A stretch of DNA of 57,727 nucleotides, from assembly GCA_963788655.1 (NCBI GenBank), contig CAWBHS010000077.1, forward strand, positions 1 through 57,727. Reading direction: 5' to 3'. The number at the start of each line of letters is the position of its first letter. Within the stretch, counting starts at the first letter, position 1. The translations under genes and the position numbers were made by a program. The notes under the pieces are model-generated. The model ran no database searches and was not told the DNA's origin. It saw only the letters and a list, made by a program, of their open reading frames with translations. The DNA comes from an uncultured Verrucomicrobiae bacterium (GTDB taxonomy: Bacteria > Verrucomicrobiota > Verrucomicrobiia > Limisphaerales > JAFGQR01). Shown here one piece after another: positions 41,506 through 51,786 of the stretch.

Positions 41506-41566
41506 GTTTGGAGTTCCGCCTTCAGGCGGCACCGCGCCCCAACCGCTTGAAGACGGGACTCCGAAG
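41506..41566. repeat. REP doublet (CCGCCTGAAGGCGGAACTCC family)
   Basis: Inverted copy at 41506-41530 and degenerate direct copy at 41543-41565. Confidence 0.8.
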
Positions 41567-41700
41567 CCAGCGCTTCTCCATACGGACGGATCCAAAAGCC
41601 GAGGACCGAAGGCCAAAATCCGAAACTAATCCGAAACCCGGTATGTACTCCGCCGTCATGTTTTCCTTTGCGATTTGGGCGGGGACTGTTACTTGAAAAT

Positions 41701-42988
41701 ATGCGACCTACATTGTTTACCGCGATTTCGTTGGGGCTGGTGTTGGTTTTGGTCGAATCATTGTCGGCGACGGCGGCTGCGGACAGCGCGTTGCCGCCGG
41801 CGGAATCATCGGCCAAAGCCTTGAGTAAATTGCAGGCCTGGCTGAACGTGGCGCGAGTGGAGCGGCTGCCGCTTTCCAATGCGCCATTTGCTTTCATACC
41901 ACTGAACCGCACGGACGCCGCGGCCGCCGAGCAGGCTTTGTGGCTCGACCACGCGGCGTTCATTCGCCAAACACGCGCTGCGGAAATGGCGGCGAAAGTC
42001 ATCGAACTCAACGGGCTGAAAATGAAGTTCGAAATGTTGAGTTTTGACGATCCCCAGGCGCCCGCCACAAACGGCCACAGTCTCTTTCTCTCCCTTCATG
42101 GTGGCGGGGGCGCGCCACCGGCGGTCAACGAGTCGCAATGGCGGAACCAAATCCGGCTGGGTAACGCTTATCATCCGCGCGAAGGAGTTTATCTCGCACC
42201 GCGCGCTCCCACCGATGCCTGGAATCTCTGGCACCAGGCGCACATTGATTTGTTCTTTGGTCGGCTCATCGAGAACCTGATCGTCCTTTCCAATGTCAAT
42301 CCCAACCGCGTGTATGTGTTCGGCTATTCGGCGGGCGGCGACGGCGTCTATCAACTGGCGCCGCGCATGGCCGACCGGTGGGCCGCGGCGGCGATGATGG
42401 CGGGGCATCCGAACGAGGCTTCGCCGCTGGGTCTGCGCAACGTGCCGTTCGCCATCCAGGTGGGCGCCAATGATGCCGCCTACAACCGCAACCGCGTCGC
42501 CGCCGAATGGGGCCGGAAACTCGATGCGTTGCACGCCGCCGATCCGGCGGGCTACGTGCATTTCACCGAGTTGCACACGGGCCGGGGCCATTGGATGAAC
42601 CTCGAGGATCGCAAAGCCATTCCGTGGATGGAAAAATTTACGCGCCAGCCGGTGCCCAACAAAGTGGTCTGGTATCAGGATCGACGTCACCCACGCGCGT
42701 TTCTATTGGCTGGAGGTGCCCAAGTCACAGGCCAAAGCCGGCCAGCAAATCGCCGCTCAACGCGTCGGCCAGACGGTGACGCTTACGACCAAGAACGTGC
42801 CGACCGTGACGGTGCTGTTAAACGACGCCATGGTGGAGCTCGATCAACCGGTGACCATTCGTACGGCAGACAAGGAGCTGTTCACCGGTCGGGTGCCGCG
42901 CACCATCGCGACCCTGGCGCGCACGCTTGCGGAACGCGGCGACACCAACCTGACCTTCAGTGCCGAGGTGACGGTGAATCTGCCATAA
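41701..42988 (+). CDS. Secreted alpha/beta hydrolase (esterase-like), frameshift ~42685
   Basis: Signal peptide, LSLHGGGG, nucleophile elbow GYSAGG, VGAND and GHW. C-terminal domain in the next frame. Confidence 0.8.
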
Positions 42989-43454
42989 CGACGCAACGGT
43001 ACGTGTCGTTCGCGTCGAAACGCGCGGGCGAAAACTCAACCGCATGGCCCGCGGCGAGGACACGCAGCGCATGCGCCACTTTGGTCGGGATCGTCACCAG
43101 TTCACCCGCCCGCACCGGTACCACGGCGCGCGCTTTGGTGGCGACATCTTCCACATGAAGTTCCAGTTCCCCGCGGATGAGGTAGATCGTTTCCGCTTTG
43201 ACCTTGTGGAAATGGTTGCCGCGAACCGTGCCTTCCCGCAGTTCAATGAACGCCGCATAATGGACCGGCACGTCGCCATCGAGAAACTGCGCAAGTTCGC
43301 CCTGCGGCAGCAACAGGCGTTTGCACGCCGGGGCCTTCGGACCCGCCGGACCTTGATACACGGGCAAGCGGTGTTTGCGCACCTTACCCTCGAGGTAGCA
43401 GACGTCCGGTTCGACCTCCACGTGCGGTTCCGGTTTTGGAGACGGCCTATTCAT
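42957..43454 (-). CDS. Cupin-domain protein (WxcM/FdtA-like)
   Basis: RGNHFHKVKAETIYLIRGEL and GELVTIPTKVAHAL cupin motifs. Confidence 0.8.
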   Translation of the reverse strand: MNRPSPKPEPHVEVEPDVCYLEGKVRKHRLPVYQGPAGPKAPACKRLLLPQGELAQFLDGDVPVHYAAFIELREGTVRGNHFHKVKAETIYLIRGELELHVEDVATKARAVVPVRAGELVTIPTKVAHALRVLAAGHAVEFSPARFDANDTYRCVVMADSPSPRH

Positions 43455-43573
43455 GCGAAACAATCTGCCATCGCGCACGCAGTAATGCCAGTGCGACGGG
43501 AACCAGATTGATCGATACGATGTCGGTTTGACGCTGGACGGAGCTTGGTTGGTTTCAAAACTCCAATCGCTTC

Positions 43574-43660
43574 GTAGCAGCCGACGTGAGGAGGCTCAGA
43601 TTTCTTCGAAGGACCGGCACTGCATACGCAAAGAATGAGCCTCCTTACGTTGGCTGCTAC
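43574..43660. repeat. GTAG-type REP doublet / long hairpin
   Basis: GTAGCAGCCGACGTGAGGAGGCTCA (43574-43598) vs reverse complement of 43636-43660: 23/25 identical. Confidence 0.85.
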
Positions 43661-43677
43661 AAGCTCACGAACAAGCT

Positions 43678-46600
43678 CTACGGCAGTTGCAGACGGAAGT
43701 ACTGCTGCGGTTGGTTCACGTCGAAGAAGTTCGTCACGGCAAACACGCCGAAGGAACTGAACTGGTTGGTCCAGATGGGCGTCCACATATCGGCCGGGGT
43801 GGTGATGTCCGTGGTGGTGAGCAACACGTAGCCGCCATTGAGCGGTCCGCCAATCGCGCGCACGACCAGATTGGTGCCGTCCACCAGCAGCGGGCAAAGC
43901 GTCAGGCCGGAGGAGATGCCCGTGCCGCTGAGTTGATAGGCGCCCGTGCCGGAAAGGTCGGTGGTGCTGTCGCTGACTACAACCGTATAGGTGCCGGCCA
44001 TGGCAGCCGTGAGGATGATCTGCGCGGACGTGGCGTTGGCCGCGGTTTTGAGCAGAGTGCCGTCCGGCGCATAGAGCCGCATTTCCGGTTTGAGGGTGTC
44101 GCTCGCGGTGACCTTGTCCAGTTGCAGACTGAAGTTGTCTCCCTCGCAGGCGTTGAAGGACCAGGTATCCACGTCGCCGGTGGTGATCGTGCCGTCGAAG
44201 TTGACCTGGTTGGTCATCGGGCCGCCATCGTCGCCCGCCGAAATGGCGAACGTTCCCGGGACCTGAATCAGGGTCAATTGGTAAGTGCCCGCACCGTCGG
44301 GATAATTGCCGCCGTCGCTGGCCACCACCGTAAACATGCCGCTATTGGTGGCGGTGGTGGAGAGTTCGACGGCATTGTATCCGGTGAAGACCGATTTCAA
44401 CAGCGCCCCATCCGGACCGTAAAGCCGCAGTGCGGGCGTGAATCCCTGCGTACCGCCATGGTCCATGATTTCTCCGGCGCGCAGCACGAGAGTTTGTCCG
44501 ACAGTTCCCAGGAAGCTCCACACATCCACGTCCCCCGTGTCAATGGTTCCCAATTCGGTCGCCCCGTTGGCCAGCGGGCCGCCCTGGTCGGACGGAGCAA
44601 TGACAACCTCACTCCCGGTCTTGGCCAGCTTGAGCCGATAGGTGCCGACGCCGTCGGGATAGTTGCCGCCATCAGCAACCATAACCACAAAGGTTCCACT
44701 ATTGGTGGCGCGCACGGTGACTTCCGTGGCGGTGTAGCTGCTACCGTCCCCATCCAACCGCGCTCCGTCCGGTCCGTAGAGCCGCAACCAAGGGGTGAAG
44801 CCCTGATTGCCCCCGGTGTTGGTGATGCGACCGGCCCGTACCACGATGCTTTCCCCCGCGTCGGCGGTGAAATTCCACACGTCCAGGTCGCCGGTGTCGA
44901 TGGAAGCCACGTGCATCCAGCCATTGGTCAATGGCCCGCCCTCGTCTTGGGTGGACACCACAATGGCACTGTCGGTTTTGCCCAGCGTCAAGCGATAGGT
45001 GCCGACACCGTCCGGATAAGATCCGCCGTCCACCACCACCACCATGAACGTTCCGCTATTGGTGGCGCGCACGGTGACCTCCGTAGCAGGGTAGCCGCTG
45101 CCGTCCGAATCCAACAGCGCTCCGTCCGGGCCAAAGAGCCGCAGCCCGGGTGTGAATCCTTGCGTGCTGATTTCGCCGGCGCGCACGACGATGCTGTCCC
45201 CCGCGTTGGCGGTGAAACGCCACAAGTCGAGGTCGCCAGTGTCGATACTGCCCAGGTGCATCACATCGTTGGTCATTGCCCCACCTTCGTCCTGGGGGGA
45301 GACCCAAACGTCACTGCCCGTTTTAGCCAACGTCAACCGGTACGTGCCGTCGCCATCCGTATAATTCCCGCCATCCCCCACCACGAGCGAAAACATCCCG
45401 CTATTGGTGGCGCGGATGAAGACTTCGGTGGCGGTATAACCACCACCGTCCGAATCCAGCAGCGCCCCGTCCGGACCAAAGAGCCGCAGTCCCGGCGTGA
45501 ATCCTTGCGTGCCGCCGGTGCTGGTCACTTCGCCGGCGCGGACGACAATGCTCTGCCCGGCGTTGGCGATGAAATTCCACACGTCCAGATCACCGGTGTC
45601 GATGGCCGCGACGTGCATTAGTCCGTTCGTCATCGAGCCACCTTCATCCTGGTTCCCAATCACAATGGGACTGCCGGTTTTGGTGAGCGTCAACCGGCAG
45701 GTGCCGGCGCCGTCGGGATAGTTGCCGCCATCGGTAACCACAACCGTAAAGGTGCCGCTGTTGGTGGCCCGCGTGGCAACCTCCGTCGCGAGATAGGATC
45801 TGCCGTCGCTACTCAGCAACGCTCCGTCCGGTCCGTAGAGCCGCAACCAGGGAGTGAAGCCCTGGTTGCCAGATATGTTGGTGATCCGGCCGCTCCGCAC
45901 CACGATATATTCCCCCGCGTTGGCGGTGAAATTCCACACATCCACGTCCCCGACATCAATGCCCTCCAGATACATCACACCATTGGTGAGCGAACCGCCT
46001 TCGTCGGAAATGCCCACCAGGATGGGACTGCCGGTCTTGGCCAACTCCACGCGGTAGGTGCCGGTGCCGTTGACATAATTCCCGCCGTCACTGACCACGA
46101 CCGTGAACGTCCCGCTATTGGTGGCGCGGGTGGTGACTTCGGTCGCGGCATAGCTGTGGCCGTCCGCGTCCAGCAGCATGTCGTCGGGGCCGTAAAGTTG
46201 AAGCTTCGGGGTGAAACCTTGCGTACCGCCAGTGCTGGTCAATAGTCCCGCCCGAACCACAATGCTGTCGCCGGCGCTCGCCGTGAAAGTCCAGGAATTG
46301 GATTCGCCCACCACCGCGATCGCTCCCAACGCGGTCGTGCCGTTGACCAGCACGTTGGCTCCGGCCGGCGCAATAGTGCTGCGGGTCAGGTTCAGTCGGT
46401 AAGTGCCATGGCCGGCGCGATTGGCATCGCTGATGAGAATGGTGTACGTGCCGGCGAGTTCGGTGGCGGCGTCAATGGTTGCGCTCGCGGCATCCTGTGC
46501 CGTCCCTTTGAATTCGCCGTTGGGCCCAAACAGTTCGATCTTGGGGAAGAAATTCAGTCCACCGGAAAGCTCCGTAATCGATACGTTCACGTGATCAACC

Positions 46601-47565
46601 GGAGTCGCCACGAAAGTCCAGAGATCGAAATCGCCCGGCGCAATCGTCCCATCTTGATCCACTCCGTCGGCCAACGGGCCGCCTTCATCCGCGTCTGGCA
46701 CCACAAAAACCTCCGGTGCCTGCGCCAATTGAAGTTGGTAGCCGCCGCTGCCGTCCGGGCTTCCGGCACTAATCAGAACCGTGTAGGTGCCGCTGTCAGG
46801 AGCCTCCACGTCCAGTCGCGCAGCCAGCGGATCGGAGGCGCCCTCCAGGCGCGTGCCGTTGGGCGTGAACAGTTCGATCATCGGTTGGAAGCCGACGTTG
46901 CCCGACGTTTTAGCCACTTGGAGAGCAATGCGGTCACCCTTGATTTGCTGAAAATGACCACAGAGTCCAAATCCCCCTGAACAATGTGTCCCTGTGTAGT
47001 TCGCCCCATTGGTCAGTGATCCGCCCTCATCACTCGCAGGCACGCTAAAGGCCTCGGGCATTTGGGCCAGCCACAGCCGATAGCTACCGGCCCCGGTCTG
47101 ATAGGCATCGCTGACCACCACCAGGTAGTCACCGCTGGTTGCCGCTTGAATATCCAGTCGCGTGGCGATTTCGCCGAAACTGGACCCCAGCGGCGTACCG
47201 TCCGGAGCAAAGACCGCAAGCCGGGGAAAGAAACCCGCGCCACCCGAAAGCTCGGCCACTTGCACAATGATTCGGTCGCCCGCATTGGCGGACGTGGTCC
47301 AGGAATTGGTTTGGCCAGCCGTGGCAATATTGCCGTCATGCTGCCCGCCGTTGGTTAACGGTCCTTCTGCCAGGGCGGTGGTGCCGAACACCGACAGAAG
47401 TAACCACAGAACCAGAGCGTGAATGCCGGGAAACATTACTTTGCGCGCCGACATTTTCCCCCGCTGCGGCGCATTACCAGCGCGCCACTGGTTTGGGGAA
47501 CGAGAGTTTGCGGTACTTTGCCGAGACGCCGCCATGGGGTCGGTGGAAAACTGAATCTTCTTCAT
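43678..47565 (-). CDS. Large secreted protein of ten tandem PPC-like beta-sandwich repeats (start may be 47454 or 47436)
   Basis: Signal peptide ending TALA. Repeats of ~110-120 aa (GGxLTNG...GDxDxWxF...PxLRLYGPDG...GTYRL) and C-terminal domain ending QQYFRLQLP. Confidence 0.85.
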   Translation of the reverse strand: MKKIQFSTDPMAASRQSTANSRSPNQWRAGNAPQRGKMSARKVMFPGIHALVLWLLLSVFGTTALAEGPLTNGGQHDGNIATAGQTNSWTTSANAGDRIIVQVAELSGGAGFFPRLAVFAPDGTPLGSSFGEIATRLDIQAATSGDYLVVVSDAYQTGAGSYRLWLAQMPEAFSVPASDEGGSLTNGANYTGTHCSGGFGLCGHFQQIKGDRIALQVAKTSGNVGFQPMIELFTPNGTRLEGASDPLAARLDVEAPDSGTYTVLISAGSPDGSGGYQLQLAQAPEVFVVPDADEGGPLADGVDQDGTIAPGDFDLWTFVATPVDHVNVSITELSGGLNFFPKIELFGPNGEFKGTAQDAASATIDAATELAGTYTILISDANRAGHGTYRLNLTRSTIAPAGANVLVNGTTALGAIAVVGESNSWTFTASAGDSIVVRAGLLTSTGGTQGFTPKLQLYGPDDMLLDADGHSYAATEVTTRATNSGTFTVVVSDGGNYVNGTGTYRVELAKTGSPILVGISDEGGSLTNGVMYLEGIDVGDVDVWNFTANAGEYIVVRSGRITNISGNQGFTPWLRLYGPDGALLSSDGRSYLATEVATRATNSGTFTVVVTDGGNYPDGAGTCRLTLTKTGSPIVIGNQDEGGSMTNGLMHVAAIDTGDLDVWNFIANAGQSIVVRAGEVTSTGGTQGFTPGLRLFGPDGALLDSDGGGYTATEVFIRATNSGMFSLVVGDGGNYTDGDGTYRLTLAKTGSDVWVSPQDEGGAMTNDVMHLGSIDTGDLDLWRFTANAGDSIVVRAGEISTQGFTPGLRLFGPDGALLDSDGSGYPATEVTVRATNSGTFMVVVVDGGSYPDGVGTYRLTLGKTDSAIVVSTQDEGGPLTNGWMHVASIDTGDLDVWNFTADAGESIVVRAGRITNTGGNQGFTPWLRLYGPDGARLDGDGSSYTATEVTVRATNSGTFVVMVADGGNYPDGVGTYRLKLAKTGSEVVIAPSDQGGPLANGATELGTIDTGDVDVWSFLGTVGQTLVLRAGEIMDHGGTQGFTPALRLYGPDGALLKSVFTGYNAVELSTTATNSGMFTVVASDGGNYPDGAGTYQLTLIQVPGTFAISAGDDGGPMTNQVNFDGTITTGDVDTWSFNACEGDNFSLQLDKVTASDTLKPEMRLYAPDGTLLKTAANATSAQIILTAAMAGTYTVVVSDSTTDLSGTGAYQLSGTGISSGLTLCPLLVDGTNLVVRAIGGPLNGGYVLLTTTDITTPADMWTPIWTNQFSSFGVFAVTNFFDVNQPQQYFRLQLP

Positions 47566-48002
47566 ACTTCATTGCTCTTTCAGCCAACGGTGAACATGCT
47601 TTCCAGCCTCAGGCTGGTGGTTCTCTTCTTTGTGCATTGCCTCAATGCCGCGCCCTGGTCGTTGGTGGCTTCGTTTGCTGTGAAACCATCCTTCCTTCCC
47701 ATGTCGCCCCCGGTTCGCATCCCCCCGGTTATGTGGGTTGCCAACAGCGTCGGCTTGATGCACCCCGGGACGACTCGTAACGGTCAACGGAAGCAGTTGC
47801 ACCCGCCTGAAAATGCACCAAGCAATCCGCCTTGCAAGGAAAAGTTATTAACGTTGTCAGGAAGGCTGATGGCACAACCTACGCTTCAAGGCCGAGCCGG
47901 TGCCAGAGCCCAGCATAAAACTGCGCGGCGGGACTCTTGCCGTTAAGCCAACACCCCCCGAATCGATTGCGGTCCCGTAAACGTTCTGGTTTATTTCGGC
48001 GC

Positions 48003-48596
48003 ATGGACAAGAACCGGCTCGAAGGCTTTAGCGACGGGGTGCTGGCGATCATCATCACCATCATGGTACTGGAATTGGGCGTGCCCCACGGCAGCGATCT
48101 CACCGCCCTGAAACCCTTGTTGCCGGTGTTCCTGAGCTACGTCTTAAGCTTCATCTACCTCGGCATTTACTGGAACAATCATCACCACTTGCTCAAAGCC
48201 GTTCGTAAAGTGAAGGGCGCGATGATGTGGGCAAATCTCCATCTGCTGTTCTGGCTCTCGCTCTTTCCGTTCGTTACGGGCTGGATGGGGGAGAACCACT
48301 TCGCGCGCCTGCCCACGGCCTTGTACGGCGCCGTGCTGTTGTTGGCCGCCATCGCCTACTACATGTTGCAGAACATCATCCTCGCCGACCATGGGTGTGA
48401 CTCGAAACTGGCCGCCGCCATCGGCCGCGATTTCAAGGGCAAGTTGTCGCCCGTGCTTTATGCGCTCGCGCTCGCCCTGGCATTTGTCCAACCGTGGATT
48501 GCCGACGTCATATACGTGTCGGTGGCGCTGTTATGGCTCATTCCCGACCGCCGCATCGAACGCTTCGTGAATGAATTTGAGCCGTCAAGGAAATGA
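48003..48596 (+). CDS. TMEM175-family (DUF1211) potassium channel
   Basis: Signature RLEGFSDGVLAIIITIMVLEL, IYWNNHHH, about 6 TM helices. Confidence 0.92.
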   Translation: MDKNRLEGFSDGVLAIIITIMVLELGVPHGSDLTALKPLLPVFLSYVLSFIYLGIYWNNHHHLLKAVRKVKGAMMWANLHLLFWLSLFPFVTGWMGENHFARLPTALYGAVLLLAAIAYYMLQNIILADHGCDSKLAAAIGRDFKGKLSPVLYALALALAFVQPWIADVIYVSVALLWLIPDRRIERFVNEFEPSRK

Positions 48597-48760
48597 AGGG
48601 CGACGCTGCGTTTCGATTTGGCGCTACCTGGCTTGCGGCACCGTGATCCGCAATACGGAGTAAGGCGGGACGTTCAGTTCGAGGCGACCGTTTCGCGTGG
48701 CCACGGTTGGGTTTTTTCAGCGCAATCTCGCAAGTTGAAAATACGATTCCTCAGGGAAGT

Positions 48761-48820
48761 ATGACCAATACCCAATACCCAAGCACCAAACAATGACCGA
48801 TCACCAATGTTCAATTTCGA
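48761..48820 (+). repeat. 7-bp-periodic element
   Basis: ACCAATA CCCAATA CCCAAGC ACCAAAC AATGACC... units. Confidence 0.6.
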
Positions 48821-48845
48821 ACCTCCGTCGCCTATCGTAAGCTCG

Positions 48846-51071
48846 CTACCGGTGGTTATCATCCGCGGGAGTGGCGCCATCGATTTCGAGCGTCATTGCT
48901 ACCAACCCATAGTGGCCGGAGTGCGATTTGATAGTAACGATCTTCTTTGCGGGATCGTCGATGGGAAGCGCTTGATGGGTGATGGCCGCGTGTCGAAAAG
49001 CAGGAACGGTGTTTTCAAAATCGAAGGCGACCGGCGGGGTGGGGCGCGTCCATTCACTGAGCGGCAGGTCTGCTTCCTGGACGCTGCCGTCGTCAAATTC
49101 AATGCTCAGTCGGGCAGGGTTGGGATTCATATAACCCCACACCAGCAAATGGATCGCTCGCGCCGGACGATTGAGGCCGATGATTTCGAAGACGTTCTCC
49201 GTGTTGTTGGGGGAAACGAGCGCGTCGTTACCGCGGCGCCGCACCATAAATGGCACTCCGTCGGCCATCACTTCGTCCGCCACAAACCACGTTTTGAAGC
49301 TGGCATTGTCGCCGCCGCCGAGCTGCGTCGAACCGTGAGGGCGGTTGTACAAAGCGGAAAGGTCCATTCCAAGATAACCGCGGATGGACATTGGTTGGAG
49401 CTTGGCTTCGCCGGTGACGTTGACCGGCCGGAGACGGACTCTCGCTCGCGACGCGCTGCCGGCGGCAGGTTCCAGTCGAAGCCCAATCTGCTGGATGAAG
49501 TCGGCCGGCCACACCTCGATCCCGGTTCCGGGAAGCAGTTCAACCACGCTTCCCTCTGCCAACTCCACTTCCACTCTTTGTTGGCCGGCGCCCTCCTTCA
49601 GTGGCACGAGGTAGCGCGCTTGGTAGTGATCCCCATCCACATAGCCGCCACGACAGTTGCTACCGAGACGTTGGTAAACAGTATCCTGGTGGCTGTCCAG
49701 TGCTGCAATGGTTTGTTCTCCCTGTTGGACGTGCAGACGGAAGGTTGGTCGTTCGTTCAATGGCACGCGGGCATGGATTGCCAGGATGGCTTGACCGTCA
49801 GTCTCGTTCACCGTGTAAGCAGTCTTCCACGAAGCACCGGCGCCGACCAGACGAACGGAAGCCTTGAGCAAGACAGCCGGTTGGCTTAGCATCCGCGCCA
49901 TTCCAACGGTCGGCAACGTCGCGCGCGGATCACCATAATAAACCCATTCGGCCGCCGTCAGGAGATGAGTCGCCCATTCGCCGTTGCCAGCGGACTCTCC
50001 TTGCGTCGCAAGTTCGCGCAACCGTTCGGCGAGTCCATCATGTCCGCGAACGTAGTTGGCGCGCGCCAGCATCAACGCCTGCGGAAGCGTCAGGTCGGGA
50101 TGCTCCGCGAGCAAGCGGAGGAAATGTTCGACCAATTCGTTGGTGAACCGGGCCGGGACCATCCCTTGCACGGTGGCAGTGCTGCCGCAGTAGGCCACTG
50201 CGCCATGGGCGAGAAACGCTTCCAACAAAGGCGATCCCACCGGCAGCGTGCCGCATCCATCGACAAAGACGACCGGCTCGCGCGGCAACTCCGGCATAGT
50301 GGCTGCCGCGACGAAAGGTTCTCCGAAACGGTTGGCGATGCCCGCCGGATCGCCGTGGCCGAAATGGACGATGAAATCCGCTGCCGCCAACGCCGCATCG
50401 TCGCGGGCGCCGCGAATCGCCACGTTGTATCCGCGTTGAGCCAGCGCCTGGGCGAAGGCCCGCGTCTCCATATGAATGCGCGTGTCCTCCGAACACAGCA
50501 CCGTTGCCTGCCGACCATAATCTTGCTTACCGTTCAGTTGGCGGATCATTTGTGCTGGCGTTCCCAGGATGCGCGTCACCGCCCTGTCCGGAATCCCATC
50601 GGCGTCGAGGTCCGAATAGAACGAGTCGGTGGTAAGACGGATAGATCCAATCCGCACCGACCAAGTGGGCAAAGCGCGTTCGTCGCCGAGCAAAACCAGG
50701 GTTTCTCCCGGCTTGATCCAGAGCGCCAGCCAATCACGTAGCCAACGGGCCTTGGCAGTGGCTTCGGCGGCTGGATAGTTGCCAACAACCAACTCCATGT
50801 TGAACTTCTTTTGATACGCTTGCCCCGCGTCGAGGATCCGGTTGGTGTTTCCGCCGACGAGCTTCCGGCACGCGGTAAGGACTTCGCTGGTCTTGGACTG
50901 AATCTCCTTCGCGGAAAGCCCGCCATTGACCACGATCGTGAAATTGGGTGCTTTAGGCGAAAGCGGCTGCTGCTCGGTGCCGGCGAACTCAGCTCCAACG
51001 GCAACGTGAACTGTGAACGCGACAATACCCAGCCGGGCAATCAACGGCAATTCGAGCAATTGCAGAATCAT
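48846..51071 (-). CDS. Secreted peptidase C25 (gingipain)-like protein with C-terminal beta domains
   Basis: LVLLGD...TTDSFYSDLDADGIPD...RI, His-Gly (HFGHG), Cys (VDGCG), GAVAYCGS and YYGDP. Confidence 0.7.
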   Translation of the reverse strand: MILQLLELPLIARLGIVAFTVHVAVGAEFAGTEQQPLSPKAPNFTIVVNGGLSAKEIQSKTSEVLTACRKLVGGNTNRILDAGQAYQKKFNMELVVGNYPAAEATAKARWLRDWLALWIKPGETLVLLGDERALPTWSVRIGSIRLTTDSFYSDLDADGIPDRAVTRILGTPAQMIRQLNGKQDYGRQATVLCSEDTRIHMETRAFAQALAQRGYNVAIRGARDDAALAAADFIVHFGHGDPAGIANRFGEPFVAAATMPELPREPVVFVDGCGTLPVGSPLLEAFLAHGAVAYCGSTATVQGMVPARFTNELVEHFLRLLAEHPDLTLPQALMLARANYVRGHDGLAERLRELATQGESAGNGEWATHLLTAAEWVYYGDPRATLPTVGMARMLSQPAVLLKASVRLVGAGASWKTAYTVNETDGQAILAIHARVPLNERPTFRLHVQQGEQTIAALDSHQDTVYQRLGSNCRGGYVDGDHYQARYLVPLKEGAGQQRVEVELAEGSVVELLPGTGIEVWPADFIQQIGLRLEPAAGSASRARVRLRPVNVTGEAKLQPMSIRGYLGMDLSALYNRPHGSTQLGGGDNASFKTWFVADEVMADGVPFMVRRRGNDALVSPNNTENVFEIIGLNRPARAIHLLVWGYMNPNPARLSIEFDDGSVQEADLPLSEWTRPTPPVAFDFENTVPAFRHAAITHQALPIDDPAKKIVTIKSHSGHYGLVAMTLEIDGATPADDNHR

Positions 51072-51108
51072 GATTCCATTCTCCTCGGACGGTCCAATCC
51101 GGCAATTC

Positions 51109-51786
51109 TTAAAGTGCGTCTGCGGCAGTGTGAGCTCTTTTCGACTTCATCCACCGCCAAAGTCGCCGGATCACCCACCCCAGGACCAGAGGCACAATGA
51201 CGATGACGGCAATGGCCACCCACAGTTCGAACGGCAATCCGTAGGTGTAGCCTCCTTCCTTAAGCTGCTGCACCGCTTTGGCATCGGGCAATTCGGATGC
51301 GGCCTGGGGTTCTGCCAGGCCATTGGGAAACACCACCCGCCAGCGGCGATCGCGTTGGTACAGGTGCGCCCGAACCAGGGTACCCACCGCCGGGATGGGA
51401 TGATTCCCACTGGGAGTCATGTATTCCACAACACTTTTGCGCGACTTGATCCGAAAACAGCGTGCCTCGAGCGAATCTCCCGTGAACTCACCTTTCTCGA
51501 CCTTCGTCACGTGCAGCGTCAGATCAATCGCCCAATCGTAATTGCCGAAACCGGTTTCAATATGTGATCGCTCCGTGCCGATTTGGAGATCCACGATTCG
51601 TCCGACGACTATGAGATCGGAGTGTTCACGCAACTGGGCGGGGCTTTGGGGAAGCTTTTCGGCCCGCAGAGTCAGCGTGAGAACGCAGAAGATCGGAACC
51701 AGCAACCTGCAATTCGGACACACGCGCGTCGAAGTCTGAAACCGTCGCGAGGGCAACGGAGTTGGCCGCGTGCTTACGGTGTTCAT
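51109..51786 (-). CDS. Exported hypothetical protein with C-terminal TM anchor; paralog of 55907-56539
   Basis: Signal-like segment, SDLIVVGRI, ERSHIETGFGNYDWAIDLTL, C-terminal TM and basic tail. ATGA overlap with the upstream gene. Confidence 0.8.
   Translation of the reverse strand: MNTVSTRPTPLPSRRFQTSTRVCPNCRLLVPIFCVLTLTLRAEKLPQSPAQLREHSDLIVVGRIVDLQIGTERSHIETGFGNYDWAIDLTLHVTKVEKGEFTGDSLEARCFRIKSRKSVVEYMTPSGNHPIPAVGTLVRAHLYQRDRRWRVVFPNGLAEPQAASELPDAKAVQQLKEGGYTYGLPFELWVAIAVIVIVPLVLGWVIRRLWRWMKSKRAHTAADAL

Noticed and set aside
44250..46350. Regularly spaced DNA repeats as CRISPR or DGR
   Set aside because: The ~350-nt period corresponds to in-frame protein domain repeats. There are no spacers, cas genes or reverse transcriptase.
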